Virus genome (UHGV): UHGV-0192467
DNA length: 42,538 nucleotides
Strand: one strand, 5' to 3'
Origin: a virus
A program made the position numbers and the translations under genes. Positions 7,251-15,915 of the stretch are shown here, one piece after another. The notes beneath the pieces were generated by a model, which saw nothing but the letters and a program-made list of their open reading frames with translations, ran no database searches and had not been told where the DNA came from. How positions within the stretch are numbered: the stretch's first letter is position 1; every line of letters starts with the position of its first letter.

Positions 7251-8075
7251 ATGGAAATTCACAAGTTTTACAGAGCGCTGGCGAAGAATTACGGCGGGAC
7301 CTGCAAGGGCTGCGCGGCCCGAGATTTCTGCTACACCCCGCCGTGCAGCATGACCGACGAGATCATCGATCAGGCGGTCGCGATGACGGGGGAAGTCGAG
7401 GATCAGGGGAACAGGCGCGCCGCCAAGGCGCGGAATGTGACGGTCACCTACGACGCGGACGGTGTGCGGGATGTGCAGATAGACTTCAGCAGCGGCGAGG
7501 AGGACGGTACGCGGGACGTGCATGAGGACTTTGATGGCGGCGAGGCGCAGCGGAATCTGCTGGCCGGAATGATCCGCTGTATGCCGATCAAGGGAAGAAT
7601 CGAAGAGATGCAGCAGATGGTACTTGCAATGCTGGTCGCAAGCGATTTTGAAGATTGCGGGGACGGCATTGCGGTCGATTACGAGGGCAACCGATACGGA
7701 TACGTCTTTGTCAAAGACGAATATCTGGACAGCCGCGACGGGGAACTGTTTGCCGGAATGTTTGTGGAAAACATCGCCGACGAGGAACTCCGCTGTAAAG
7801 CGTATCTGTACAGGGGCGCAAGCAAACAGAACAAGCTGATGAAAGCGGAACGGGAACGCTGTCTGGAGAGCATCGAGAGAAGGCTCCGGCGGAGATGGAA
7901 ACCGCCCGAGGGGCAGTGCAAGGATTGCAAGTACTGGCAGCGCGACCGACCGCCTTTCCACTACGCTGGGGTGTGCCTCAACGAAAAACGATGGCTCGAA
8001 AAGAAAGCGGGCATCTACATCGGAGAAGGCGGCATGTGCGAGGAATTCGCACGACGGGAAAAGGCAGACCAGTAA
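7251..8075 (+). CDS. hypothetical protein with Cys clusters at both ends
   Basis: GGGAGG RBS; CKGC..FC at the N-terminus and CKDCKYW...C...C at the C-terminus. Confidence 0.75.
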   Translation: MEIHKFYRALAKNYGGTCKGCAARDFCYTPPCSMTDEIIDQAVAMTGEVEDQGNRRAAKARNVTVTYDADGVRDVQIDFSSGEEDGTRDVHEDFDGGEAQRNLLAGMIRCMPIKGRIEEMQQMVLAMLVASDFEDCGDGIAVDYEGNRYGYVFVKDEYLDSRDGELFAGMFVENIADEELRCKAYLYRGASKQNKLMKAERERCLESIERRLRRRWKPPEGQCKDCKYWQRDRPPFHYAGVCLNEKRWLEKKAGIYIGEGGMCEEFARREKADQ

Positions 8076-8130
8076 CCGCCCGGAGGACAGGCTGCCGCAG
8101 CATAAGATGAAGCGAAAGGGAGGTGCCGAC

Positions 8131-8331
8131 ATGGCAGTTGTAGCGGACTACTACGACAACGGCGCGCACGTCATCATCAGGGATGACGCATACGCCAACG
8201 CATCGCCGCAGGAGCTGGCACGCCGGGAAGAGGAGTTTTACAGGGTGGTCGCGCGGATCATCCACAACGCGACGGTCAGGGCCACCCGCAGGCATCTGAT
8301 GGAGCAGGCGGCCGCCGGAAAGGAGAACTGA
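8131..8331 (+). CDS. hypothetical phage protein
   Basis: GGAGGTG RBS; MAVVADYYDNGAHVIIRDDAY. Confidence 0.75.
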   Translation: MAVVADYYDNGAHVIIRDDAYANASPQELARREEEFYRVVARIIHNATVRATRRHLMEQAAAGKEN

Positions 8332-8333
8332 GC

Positions 8334-8405
8334 ATGGCGCAGTGGTTTGGGATCGCCTTCGGAACGGCGTTTCTGATCTGGTTCGACCGGGAGGCGGGCC
8401 GATGA
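8334..8405 (+). CDS. 23-aa hydrophobic peptide
   Basis: AAGGAG upstream; ATGA coupling to the next gene; MAQWFGIAFGTAFLIWFDREAGR. Confidence 0.45.
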   Translation: MAQWFGIAFGTAFLIWFDREAGR

Positions 8406-8800
8406 GCGTGGTTTTTGACGAAAAATGGCTGGCGGAGTACTGCGCCCGGACGGGGATGGCCCCGCCCGAGGGACGGAAGAAGGAGGCTCCGAAGCGGAGC
8501 AAGTACGGCAGCGAGAAGGCCGAAGCCGGCGGGCGCGTCTTCGACAGCCGGCACGAGGCGGAGTGCTTCGGGCGGCTGGAGCTGGAGAAGAAGGCCGGGG
8601 AGCATCGGGCGGTGCTGTGTCAGGTGGCGTTTGAGCTGCCGGGCGGCATCAAGTACATCGCGGATTTTGTCACGCTGGAGCCGGACGGCACGTATCGCGT
8701 GTGGGACGCGAAGAGCGCGGCCACGGCGCGGGACAAGGTGTACCGGCTGAAAAAGCGCCTGATGCGGGAGTGCCTGGGACTGGAAATCGCGGAAATCTGA
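8402..8800 (+). CDS. DUF1064-like PD-(D/E)xK endonuclease
   Basis: SKYG...FDSRHEA...QVAFEL...YIADF...WDAKS. Confidence 0.8.
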   Translation: MSVVFDEKWLAEYCARTGMAPPEGRKKEAPKRSKYGSEKAEAGGRVFDSRHEAECFGRLELEKKAGEHRAVLCQVAFELPGGIKYIADFVTLEPDGTYRVWDAKSAATARDKVYRLKKRLMRECLGLEIAEI

Positions 8801-8842
8801 GGGGCGAAAGTCCCTCTGAAGAATAAAAGGAGGCTGTTACAC

Positions 8843-9178
8843 ATGAAACAGACGGCATACAGCGGCGGCGAATCGGTGGTGGGCGAGATCATCCGCACGG
8901 CGGAGCGGTCGGCGCTGAAGCACGAGGGCGAAAACGGGCTGCGCACGCGCCTGACCCGGCTGGTCAAGCGCTACGAGAAGGAATTCCGAGGCAAGACGGC
9001 CTTTCTGGCCGCCAGCGCGGCGGTGGAGCGGAAGCGGCTCAACGAGCGGCTGGACGTGCTGATGCTGAAAAACGCGCCGGACGAATGGCTGGCGAGGCTC
9101 TGGCACGAGATGCACGCACTGGACATTGCGGCGCAGCTGCTGATGGGAGGGCGCGAGGGGTATGTGGGAATTGCCTGA
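8843..9178 (+). CDS. hypothetical helical protein
   Basis: AGGAGG RBS; 111 aa. Confidence 0.75.
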   Translation: MKQTAYSGGESVVGEIIRTAERSALKHEGENGLRTRLTRLVKRYEKEFRGKTAFLAASAAVERKRLNERLDVLMLKNAPDEWLARLWHEMHALDIAAQLLMGGREGYVGIA

Positions 9179-9194
9179 GGGCACCATTGGGGGG

Positions 9195-9416
9195 AAACGA
9201 AACGGAATAGAAGTGCTGCGAACAGCAATGGAGAAGCAAGGCGCTGCAGGGAACAGCAGAGCAACGGAAAAGTTGAGCTCTGATATGAGCGGACAGGGAA
9301 ATGGGACGATATGCAATGCGCCGAGCTGACATGGAATTGAATGGATACGCGTGGCGAGGCGAAGAGACGGAAAAGCAATGACAGGCGATGAGCAGCGGAG
9401 ATAAGGAAAAGACACG
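9195..9416 (+). repeat. periodic pentamer array (putative guide-like ncRNA)
   Basis: 43 consecutive pentamers ending in G, 41/43 starting with A or C; single extra G at 9205, 9231, 9267, 9298, 9334, 9370, 9406; junction consensus ANGGARWWG in 7/7. Confidence 0.85.
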
Positions 9417-9434
9417 CACAAGGAGGAAGCCCGC

Positions 9435-10028
9435 GTGAAAGAAATGACAATCACGATCACCCTGACAGAGGAAGCATTGGGCATGATGCCCGCGAACCCT
9501 GAAATCTACCGCGACTACATCGCCAGCAATGCGCCCGACGCGGCGAAGCTGGCGGAAGAGATCGAAGAAAACGGCGTGGACGCGATGGTGGAGAACGGCA
9601 CCACCGTTTTCCCGAGGCTGGAGGACGGTCGCCCGTTCTTTTGGGACTACCAAATTCGTGGGATGTTTAAGGATTCGATCGGCATGCTTCGCCGCGTTCC
9701 GGGGACGGCGTGCAGCAAGGTCAAAGCCTACAAAAAGATCGTCGACGGTCTGATTTTTGTTCGGGAGCGCAGGATTCCCGTGGAGGTGTGCGGCAAGATG
9801 GGTAACTGTCAGCGCGCACTGCGCACGGATGGCCCGACGGGCAGCCACACCGCGCTGGCCAGCAGCGAGACCGTTCCGGCGGGCAGTATGATGGCGCTGA
9901 CGATTGTGATGCTGACAGACGATCTGGAGGCAGTCGTGCGGGAATGCCTGGACTACGGCGCACTGCGCGGCCTCGGACAGTGGCGCAATTCCGGCAAGGG
10001 CCGGTTTACGTGGAGGGAAGTATGCTGA
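9435..10028 (+). CDS. stand-alone Cas7-like RAMP-fold protein
   Basis: AGGAGG RBS, GTG start; ITITLTEEALG, PFFWDYQIRGMFK, ETVPAG and C-terminal Gly-rich loop GLGQWRNSGKGRF. Confidence 0.8.
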   Translation: MKEMTITITLTEEALGMMPANPEIYRDYIASNAPDAAKLAEEIEENGVDAMVENGTTVFPRLEDGRPFFWDYQIRGMFKDSIGMLRRVPGTACSKVKAYKKIVDGLIFVRERRIPVEVCGKMGNCQRALRTDGPTGSHTALASSETVPAGSMMALTIVMLTDDLEAVVRECLDYGALRGLGQWRNSGKGRFTWREVC

Positions 10029-10186
10029 CGCAGATCATCAAGGCGGTGCTCATCGCTTACATTTTCCTGATCGGCGGCATTGCCGGTTACAACCTTGCCC
10101 TGCTGGGCTTCGGCCTGCGGAGCTTCGACGGAGAGTTTGAGGAGGAGAGCGACAATGGACAGAATCGCGACATGCAGCATCATTAA
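10022..10186 (+). CDS. small membrane protein
   Basis: GGAGG RBS; single TM segment. Confidence 0.6.
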   Translation: MLTQIIKAVLIAYIFLIGGIAGYNLALLGFGLRSFDGEFEEESDNGQNRDMQHH

Positions 10187-10466
10187 GGGCAACGGCGGCG
10201 TGGAGGCCTACGTCAACGGCGTGGTTTCCGAGGAGCTGCGCCGCCAGAACGCCATCCGGGAGGCGGAGGAAGCCGCCCTGCGGGCGGAGCTGGCCGTGAC
10301 CCGAGCGCGGCGCAACCGGCTGCTGGCCGAAGACCTGCGGCTGCGGCGAACCGTGCGGAAGCGCCCGCTGCGCCAGCGCGTGCGGGACAGGATCGCGGAC
10401 GGCTGGGCGTGGGTGATGGGGTGCATCGTTACCTATCCCAAGCTGATCAAAATGTGGAAGCAATGA
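10155..10466 (+). CDS. hypothetical protein
   Basis: GGAGGAG RBS; basic coiled coil. Confidence 0.7.
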   Translation: MDRIATCSIIKGNGGVEAYVNGVVSEELRRQNAIREAEEAALRAELAVTRARRNRLLAEDLRLRRTVRKRPLRQRVRDRIADGWAWVMGCIVTYPKLIKMWKQ

Positions 10467-10681
10467 CGCGGACAATCGAATGGGTGGACAAGCGGGATCG
10501 GATGCCCACGGCGGCGGATGCAGACGCTGTGGGCGCGATCCTGGCGTGGAACGTCCACGACGGACTGCATCTGACCAACCCGGCGGTGTTTCGATCGTAC
10601 GGGACTTTTTACACCCATTGGGCGACGCCGCCCGAGGGGCCGGAGGGGGCGGGAGGCACATGGGAGAAACGGAAAATCTGA
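10463..10681 (+). CDS. hypothetical phage protein (DUF551-like)
   Basis: ATGA overlap; EWVDKRDRMP...THWATPPEGP pattern. Confidence 0.65.
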   Translation: MTRTIEWVDKRDRMPTAADADAVGAILAWNVHDGLHLTNPAVFRSYGTFYTHWATPPEGPEGAGGTWEKRKI

Positions 10682-11415
10682 AATCCGAGACGGGATGCAC
10701 GGTGCGGGATTACATGCTGGCGGCCGTCGAGGCGGCGGGGAGCGGGCGGAAGCTCGCCGAGGCCATCGGGAGAAACGAGGAGCGAATTTACAACTGGGCG
10801 AGCGAGGAGCAACTGCCGAAGGTACGGATGCTGCTGGAAATCGAGGGGAAATCGGGCGTGAGCCTGGACGAATATCTGCCGGAGATACGGCGGGGCATGC
10901 GAGCCGTGGAGGAGATGCGCAAAGCCGGTCAGGGGATCAGCAAAAGAGACAGGGCCGCGCTGGGAATCGGGCACAACAGCTGGTGCGATTACATGAGAGG
11001 CGACAGAGCGGCGGATGGACTGAGCCTGACCACGCTGTTTGCAGCGTGCCGGTTTTTCGAGGGAAAAATTAAGCCGATGCCGAAGCCGCCGCGGAAGAAG
11101 CCCAGGCCGGCAGCCGAGGGAGAGCTTGTGATCAAAGCGGAGCCGACGGCCAAACCGACGCGGAAGCTGTCGGCGGAGGAAATGCGGCGGGAAATGGCCT
11201 ACGGGTTTTACAGGCAGGCGATGGGCACGGGAGACGCGAGGGACTTCGACTTCGGGGAAGCGGCGGACGGGAGCTATCGATTCCGGACGGCGCACTACGA
11301 CGGGATTATCGACCTCAGGGCGATGGAGCTGCGGGTGATTTTCCGCAGGACGGGACATATCAGCATAAGGAGGGATCTGCATGCGGGACAGGCCATGCCC
11401 GTGCCGCGGCTGTGA
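10660..11415 (+). CDS. HTH DNA-binding protein with two HTH-like segments
   Basis: SGRKLAEAIGRNEERIYNW and AALGIGHNSWCDYMRG; GGGAGG RBS. Confidence 0.65.
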   Translation: MGETENLKSETGCTVRDYMLAAVEAAGSGRKLAEAIGRNEERIYNWASEEQLPKVRMLLEIEGKSGVSLDEYLPEIRRGMRAVEEMRKAGQGISKRDRAALGIGHNSWCDYMRGDRAADGLSLTTLFAACRFFEGKIKPMPKPPRKKPRPAAEGELVIKAEPTAKPTRKLSAEEMRREMAYGFYRQAMGTGDARDFDFGEAADGSYRFRTAHYDGIIDLRAMELRVIFRRTGHISIRRDLHAGQAMPVPRL

Positions 11416-11550
11416 GACGCGGGCGGAGGGATGCCGCGCCAACTGCCCGAGGGACTACGGCTACAGCGAGTGGGCGGCGGAGCACGCGGCAAATCGGGCC
11501 GCGGACGAAGGGCGAAGAAGGCGCGGAAGAATGCGGAGGAGGGAGAAGGC

Positions 11551-11760
11551 ATGAAAGAAGTCAAGCAGTACAAATGCGAGCATTGCGGAACACTCTACGC
11601 GAACAAATCGGAATGCGAAGCCTGTGAGAAACAGCACGCAATTCCGCGCGAAATCGCCGCGGTGCATCACAGGCCGAAGGGCGTATGCGCGGTGTATCCT
11701 CCGAGGATCGACGTTGTTTTTGACAACGGAGCAGTCCGACACTACGAGATGAGGCGGTGA
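11551..11760 (+). CDS. zinc-finger-like protein
   Basis: YKCEHCGTLY...CEKQH. Confidence 0.7.
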   Translation: MKEVKQYKCEHCGTLYANKSECEACEKQHAIPREIAAVHHRPKGVCAVYPPRIDVVFDNGAVRHYEMRR

Positions 11761-11766
11761 CAGAGC

Positions 11767-11886
11767 ATGATCCACGACAGCTGCGAAGGATGCAGGCACA
11801 ACCTGGGCGGCGGGTGCTGTCGGATGAACATGGAGGCAGAGTGCGGAGAGGGAGACCGGGAGCTGTGGGAGGAGAAGGAAGGATGA
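11767..11886 (+). CDS. 39-aa Cys-rich peptide
   Basis: MIHDSCEGCRHNLGGGCC...; ATGA coupling to the next gene. Confidence 0.5.
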   Translation: MIHDSCEGCRHNLGGGCCRMNMEAECGEGDRELWEEKEG

Positions 11887-12092
11887 TTGAGCTTAAGCCG
11901 TGCCCGTTTTGCGGGCAGCTTCCGCAAGTGCAAGAGGATTTTCGTTATCCGTGGCCCGAACGCGAGCGCACGCGGGCATACGAGGTAGTCTGCCAGAATT
12001 CCGACTGTATTATAGGGAAGGTGGATGCACGCTATCGACTTACAAAGCGCGAAATTGTTGAGCTGTGGAACAGGAGGACTGAGAATGGCTGA
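11883..12092 (+). CDS. Lar-like restriction alleviation protein
   Basis: ELKPCPFCG...CQNSDC...WNRR. Confidence 0.75.
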   Translation: MIELKPCPFCGQLPQVQEDFRYPWPERERTRAYEVVCQNSDCIIGKVDARYRLTKREIVELWNRRTENG

Positions 12093-12645
12093 ATTTGTGG
12101 AAGTCATGCGGCAGGCACGGAGAATGTGCAGCACTCAAACGTGCTGTGAAGATTGCCCGCTATGCTACGAAAATAACGGCGCGAATTGTCGATTTGCGCT
12201 CGATGAAAAGTATCAGGCCGATGCTGAACTAGAGCGTGTCGTGTCAGACTGGGCCGCAGAGCATCCCGAGCCGGTGTATCCGAGCTGGGAAGAGGCGTGG
12301 AAGAAACTGTTCCCGGAGATGGATTCGGTGAGGCCTCCGTGCGTACGGTACTTTTTGCCAACGGGGGAGTACCAGGATATTTGCGACCGATTCGACGGGG
12401 AGTGCTATAAATGCAATGAGCTGCCTGTCCCCGCAGAGGTCGCGAAGAAACTGGGGATCAGGCCGATTGAGATCAAAAAGCCGGTCAGCTGCAGAACGTG
12501 CAAATATAGTAACAAATCCGTGTGGGAAGCGCCGTGCGGGACTTGCAAGCGTGCGCATGGCGATTGTTACCCTGACCAGAGAGAGGAAGAGAACGATGCC
12601 GCCGAAAAGCGCGGAGAAGCTGGGATTAAGCCGAAGGAGAAATGA
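12085..12645 (+). CDS. Cys-rich hypothetical phage protein
   Basis: AGGAGG RBS; several CxxC motifs. Confidence 0.7.
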   Translation: MAEFVEVMRQARRMCSTQTCCEDCPLCYENNGANCRFALDEKYQADAELERVVSDWAAEHPEPVYPSWEEAWKKLFPEMDSVRPPCVRYFLPTGEYQDICDRFDGECYKCNELPVPAEVAKKLGIRPIEIKKPVSCRTCKYSNKSVWEAPCGTCKRAHGDCYPDQREEENDAAEKRGEAGIKPKEK

Positions 12646-14255
12646 AGATGACGTTGGGCAGTCTTTTTGACGGGAGCGGAGGTTTTCCCCTCGCCGGGGC
12701 GCTCTCTGGCATCCGCCCGGTCTGGGCGGCGGAGGTGGAGCCGTACCCCATTGCGGTGACGCGCTCCCGCTTCCCGGAGATGCGGCACCTCGGCAGCGTG
12801 ACCGGGGTGCATGGCGACAAGGTGCAGCCGGTGGACGTGATTACGTTCGGCTCACCCTGTCAGGATATGTCTGTGGCAGGCAAGCGCGCCGGGATGAAGC
12901 ACGAGGAAAACGGCGACGATCAGACCACGCGAAGCGGCCTGTTTTACGAGGCCGTCAGAATTATAAGAGAAATGAGGCAAGAAACCAATGGTCGGTATCC
13001 AACTTTCGCTGTTTGGGAAAACGTGCCCGGAGCCTTCAGCAGCAACAAAGGCGAGGACTTCCGATGCGTCCTCGAAGAATTCGTCCACGTCTGCGACGAA
13101 AAACTGTCAGTGCCTCGACCTGCGAACGGACGCTGGAATACTGCCGGAGAGATCGTGGGCGACGGCTACAGCGTCGCGTGGAGGCAGCTCGACGCGCAAT
13201 ACTGGGGAGTGCCCCAGCGTCGCAAGAGAATCTACCTTGTGGCAGATTTTGCAGGCGGACGCGCCGGAGAAATATTATTTGAGCGCGAGGGCCTGCGAGG
13301 GCATCCTGCGGCGTGCGGAGCGCCGGGGCAAGGCGCTGCCGCCCAAGCTGCGGGAGGCGCTGGAGGAAGCCGTGATGCTGGGCGCGTGATGAGCTTTAAG
13401 CCGGGGCAGGGCGCGAAGGCGCGAACGCTCGGTGAATCGGAAACGACCGTACCGACACTTGCCAGCGAAGCAGGCGGAAACGCGGTGCCTGGGGTATGTT
13501 ATCCAAGCATTTTCCATACGCTCACTGCTCAGAATGCAAGGAACCCGGAAAGCGCGCAGCAGCCGAATTGCATCTGCTACCCACAGGTCGCCCGGACGCT
13601 GACGGCGGAAGCGGATGCGTCTCCCTGCATTGACCGCGGGCAGAACGTTGTGTGCTACGACGCACGCGGCAACGGCGATGGCACACATTGTCCCACGCTG
13701 ACCGGCGACCATGAAAACCGCGTGACGGACTACACGGCAATCTGCGTTTCGGAGCATACTCCCGCCTACGGCGTGGACTGCCATAATATCATCTGCTACG
13801 GCGGAGACAAGGCGGGAACGCTGGATGCCTCATACTACAAGGGCACTGGCGCACGAAATGGCAAGGAGAGGGAATTCATCGCAGAACGCAAGACTGGGCT
13901 ACCGCGCAAGTACATCATTCGCCGCCTGACGCCGCTGGAATGCTGCCGCTTGCAGGGCTTCCCCGATGGCTGGGGCGTCCCCGACCACAAGGACAGGCTG
14001 TCCGACGAAGAGCTGGCGTTTTGGCAGCAGGTACGCGACACTTCTGCGTCCATTGCGGGGAAGCAGCCCAAGAAATACAGCGCGGAGGCGCTGACCAAAT
14101 GGTACAACTCCATGCACACGGATAGTGCAGAGTACAAAATGTGGGGCAACGGCATCGCGCTCCCATGCGCAGCATTCGTGCTGGGCGGCGTCGCCGAGGA
14201 ATTAAGGATCTGGCCGAAGGAGGAGTTGAACGATGCCAAAATACATCGACGCTGA
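12642..14255 (+). CDS. DNA (cytosine-5) methyltransferase
   Basis: motif I LFDGSGG, IV GSPCQD, VI WENVPG, VIII PQRRKR, RRLTPLEC.RLQGFPD, X GNG; no cognate restriction enzyme adjacent. Confidence 0.95.
   Translation: MKMTLGSLFDGSGGFPLAGALSGIRPVWAAEVEPYPIAVTRSRFPEMRHLGSVTGVHGDKVQPVDVITFGSPCQDMSVAGKRAGMKHEENGDDQTTRSGLFYEAVRIIREMRQETNGRYPTFAVWENVPGAFSSNKGEDFRCVLEEFVHVCDEKLSVPRPANGRWNTAGEIVGDGYSVAWRQLDAQYWGVPQRRKRIYLVADFAGGRAGEILFEREGLRGHPAACGAPGQGAAAQAAGGAGGSRDAGRVMSFKPGQGAKARTLGESETTVPTLASEAGGNAVPGVCYPSIFHTLTAQNARNPESAQQPNCICYPQVARTLTAEADASPCIDRGQNVVCYDARGNGDGTHCPTLTGDHENRVTDYTAICVSEHTPAYGVDCHNIICYGGDKAGTLDASYYKGTGARNGKEREFIAERKTGLPRKYIIRRLTPLECCRLQGFPDGWGVPDHKDRLSDEELAFWQQVRDTSASIAGKQPKKYSAEALTKWYNSMHTDSAEYKMWGNGIALPCAAFVLGGVAEELRIWPKEELNDAKIHRR
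12988..13389 (+). CDS. nested alternative-frame ORF inside the MTase (beta-polypeptide-like)
   Basis: GAGG upstream; STLWQILQADAPEKYYLSARACEGILRRAERRGKALP. Confidence 0.6.
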   Translation: MVGIQLSLFGKTCPEPSAATKARTSDASSKNSSTSATKNCQCLDLRTDAGILPERSWATATASRGGSSTRNTGECPSVARESTLWQILQADAPEKYYLSARACEGILRRAERRGKALPPKLREALEEAVMLGA

Positions 14256-14550
14256 AGTGCTTAAAGCGGCTGTAAGCGCGTATTGTGACAAAACAAAGCC
14301 GTGCTCCACGATTTCTGTCGCGGGTCTAATCCCGGATGTAGTGATTCATGATGTGCTGGACATCATCGACGAGGCCCCTGCCGCCGACATGGTGGAGGTT
14401 GTCAGGTGCAGGGACTGCGTGTGCATGGGCAAGCGGCCTCCGCTGCCCGAGGGCTACCGGGAGGATTGCGGATGGTGCATGCTGCATGGGCGCGTGGTAC
14501 TGCCGGAGGATTATTGCAGCAATGGAGAGAGGATGGATGACGATGCTTGA
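14233..14550 (+). CDS. hypothetical phage protein
   Basis: AAGGAGG RBS; KYIDA...APAADMVEVVRCRDC...DYCSNGER. Confidence 0.75.
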   Translation: MPKYIDAEVLKAAVSAYCDKTKPCSTISVAGLIPDVVIHDVLDIIDEAPAADMVEVVRCRDCVCMGKRPPLPEGYREDCGWCMLHGRVVLPEDYCSNGERMDDDA

Positions 14551-14980
14551 AATACGCCCAATCACGCTTAGAGCAGCAAGCGCCTACATCAATGCATATC
14601 ACCGTCATCACCGTGCAACGGTTGGATGCAAGTTTGCGATAGGGTGCTTTGACGGCGAGACGATGGTCGGGTGCGCGGTGTGCGGACGGCCTGTTTCGCG
14701 CATACTGGACGATGGCCTGACGCTTGAGGTCAATCGCGTATGCACCGATGGCACCCGCAATGCATGCTCAATGCTATACGGTGCGGCATGCCGGATTGCG
14801 AAGGCGATGGGATACCGAAAAGTAGTCACCTATACATTGCAATCCGAAAACGGTGCATCGCTGAAAGCCAGCAATTTTGTTTGTGAGGGGCTGGCAGGTG
14901 GGGAAAGATGGACGGGAACGCGCGGAAGTGGCCAGAATTTGCCGTGCGAAATGAAAATCAGGTATGTAAGGAGGCTATAA
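14543..14980 (+). CDS. XF1762-like protein (possible GNAT/Mom-like DNA-modifying enzyme)
   Basis: HRHH...GRPVSR..DDGLTLEVNRVCTDGTRNACSMLYGA..R.AKAMGY...TYTL..E.G.SLKA. Confidence 0.7.
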   Translation: MLEIRPITLRAASAYINAYHRHHRATVGCKFAIGCFDGETMVGCAVCGRPVSRILDDGLTLEVNRVCTDGTRNACSMLYGAACRIAKAMGYRKVVTYTLQSENGASLKASNFVCEGLAGGERWTGTRGSGQNLPCEMKIRYVRRL

Positions 14981-14981
14981 A

Positions 14982-15641
14982 GTGAGATCACCCGAAGAGA
15001 TCAAGAAGGGGCTGGAGTACTGCTCCGAAAAAGCGAAAAGAAAGACAAACTGCTCTGAATGCATCTATTTCAACGACCCATGCGGATGGTGCTCAACGGC
15101 AATTACGAAAGATGCCCTCTCCTACATCCAACAGCTCGAAGCGCAGCAGCCGCGCTGGATCAGCGTCGGGGAGCGGCTGCCGGACGTGAAGATCGACGGA
15201 AACACTTCCGACGGCTACCACACATTCAACGAGCTGTACCACCATCGCGCAGTGTTGTTCTCGGTGATTGTAAAAGCATTCCCGGAGCGGGCATGGAAGT
15301 CCAGAAAGCATCACGATGGTACGATGTACGACGGGATGTTTATCGTCGGGATCGACACGCCGCAGGGGCAGGCGACCTATCACTACGACGTTGACCCTTA
15401 TTGGGAGATGTTTGCTTGCCGTGAGCTTGACCATGCGCCGGAATGGGACGGTCACACGCCAGCGGAGGCAATCACCCGAATCGGTGCACTTGAGCCGGTG
15501 CGGCACGGGAGATGGAAACACAGCGAATATAGGAATTCGCTGCCGATATGCTCAGTTTGCGGACACACCGGTTGCATCGATTGGGTAGCGCGCCCTAACT
15601 GCGGCGTGCGAATGGACGGAGGCGAGGCAGATGGTAGTTGA
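14982..15641 (+). CDS. mosaic phage protein with a WDGH-motif domain
   Basis: SDGYHTFNELYHHR...AWKS..H.DG...TP.GQ.TYHY...EWDGH; Cys-rich ends. Confidence 0.7.
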   Translation: MRSPEEIKKGLEYCSEKAKRKTNCSECIYFNDPCGWCSTAITKDALSYIQQLEAQQPRWISVGERLPDVKIDGNTSDGYHTFNELYHHRAVLFSVIVKAFPERAWKSRKHHDGTMYDGMFIVGIDTPQGQATYHYDVDPYWEMFACRELDHAPEWDGHTPAEAITRIGALEPVRHGRWKHSEYRNSLPICSVCGHTGCIDWVARPNCGVRMDGGEADGS

Positions 15642-15915
15642 TATAACGCCGCGGCAGTGCGAGATACTCGCCCAATTTATCTTCGACCACTGGCACGGGG
15701 CGGAGGAATACAAGGACGACGTTGACGGCATGCTGGAACTGCTCAATGCGCAGAAGGCGTTGGAGAAGGCCAGCAAAGATTGCAAGGATTTTACCCCAAG
15801 GCCGTACATCCCCTACATAGATTATGGCTGCAAGGCGGCGGGGAAAAGCCGGTCGGAACCCCGCCGCCGGGGAATCAAGATCGAAATCAAGTGGGAAAGG
15901 AGCGAAAAGGAATGA
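15631..15915 (+). CDS. hypothetical protein
   Basis: overlaps both neighbours in the operon. Confidence 0.6.
   Translation: MVVDITPRQCEILAQFIFDHWHGAEEYKDDVDGMLELLNAQKALEKASKDCKDFTPRPYIPYIDYGCKAAGKSRSEPRRRGIKIEIKWERSEKE

Noticed and set aside
7182..8132. N-terminal 317 codons of the 520-aa minus-strand ORF
   Set aside because: Antisense to 7251-8075; the credible start is ATG 7181, which has an RBS, a promoter and a signal peptide.
9162..9329. 55-codon plus-strand ORF, and minus-strand ORFs 8837-9484 and 8971-9450, across the array
   Set aside because: A strict 5-nt periodicity is hard to reconcile with codon-level selection and the translations look like nothing recognisable; incidental translation of the short ORF is not excluded.
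9195..9416. Canonical CRISPR array or simple tandem repeat
   Set aside because: There are no identical direct repeats with spacers; only the G phase and a 9-nt degenerate junction are conserved.
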